From Nitrospirota bacterium (lineage in GTDB: Bacteria > Nitrospirota > UBA9217), in the NCBI GenBank assembly GCA_963845065.1, contig CAWJQQ010000003.1, positions 32,001-96,000 on the forward strand: a stretch of 64,000 bases of DNA, written 5' to 3'. Below are positions 63,748 through 64,000 of this stretch, piece by piece. The notes under the pieces are model-generated. The model made no database searches, was not told the origin of the DNA, and was given only the letters and a program-made list of their open reading frames with translations. The position numbers were made by a program, and so were the translations under genes. Within the stretch, counting starts at the first letter, position 1, and each line of letters begins with the position of its first letter.

Positions 63748-64000
63748 ATGAATATGTCAAGGTGGCTTGACCAAAAGACTCGTAGGGGCTGGGCGATACT
63801 TTGTCTTGCCGCAAAAAAATTCTTGCAGGTTGATGGGACACAATGGGCGGGATCGTTCGCCTTCCATGCGTTCTTCTCGCTGTTTCCTTTAATGACACTG
63901 CTCGTCACGATTGTCTCGTTCTTTATTGATTGGGACAGGGCCGGAAAAGTGGTCATTGCCTTCATGGAAAGCTACGTTCCGGTCAGTGGCGAGATGAAAC
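63748..64000 (+). CDS. YihY/BrkB-family membrane protein (runs off the window)
   Basis: KKFLQVDGTQWAGSFAFHAFFSLFPLMTLLVTI. Confidence 0.75.
   Translation, partial: MNMSRWLDQKTRRGWAILCLAAKKFLQVDGTQWAGSFAFHAFFSLFPLMTLLVTIVSFFIDWDRAGKVVIAFMESYVPVSGEMK

Overview
A 64-kb accessory region heavily eroded by mobile elements. The gene content (HmcD-like membrane proteins, multiheme cytochromes, a TauE/DUF1634/USP/two-component cluster, XdhC) suggests an anaerobic Nitrospirota or Desulfobacterota-like bacterium; that assignment is inference. About half the window is intact or decayed mobile DNA: a phage-type tyrosine integrase, IS256, IS630, IS3, two IS1634, IS1380, IS1182, IS4, IS21, IS1202-like elements and a MITE, IS605/tnpB, an RIT trio, a group II intron remnant, several IS110/IS1111 copies, and integron attC/cassette relics with no intI. 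Cargo includes a PIN/AbrB toxin-antitoxin pair, two paralogous secreted collagen-like proteins, pldA, an FMN alpha-hydroxy-acid oxidase, mntH plus USP, glgC, a thiolase and acyl-CoA dehydrogenase, an SDR and a 7-heme cytochrome c. The most notable signal is an IS1111-type element inserted at the same site in the terminal repeats of IS1202-like elements. Its ~400-nt 3' non-coding region contains readable target-matching and donor-matching guide segments. It appears to carry two tandem target-binding loops, and a third, diverged copy has both loops reprogrammed while the donor guides stay fixed. All calls are from reading the sequence by eye; no database searches were run.
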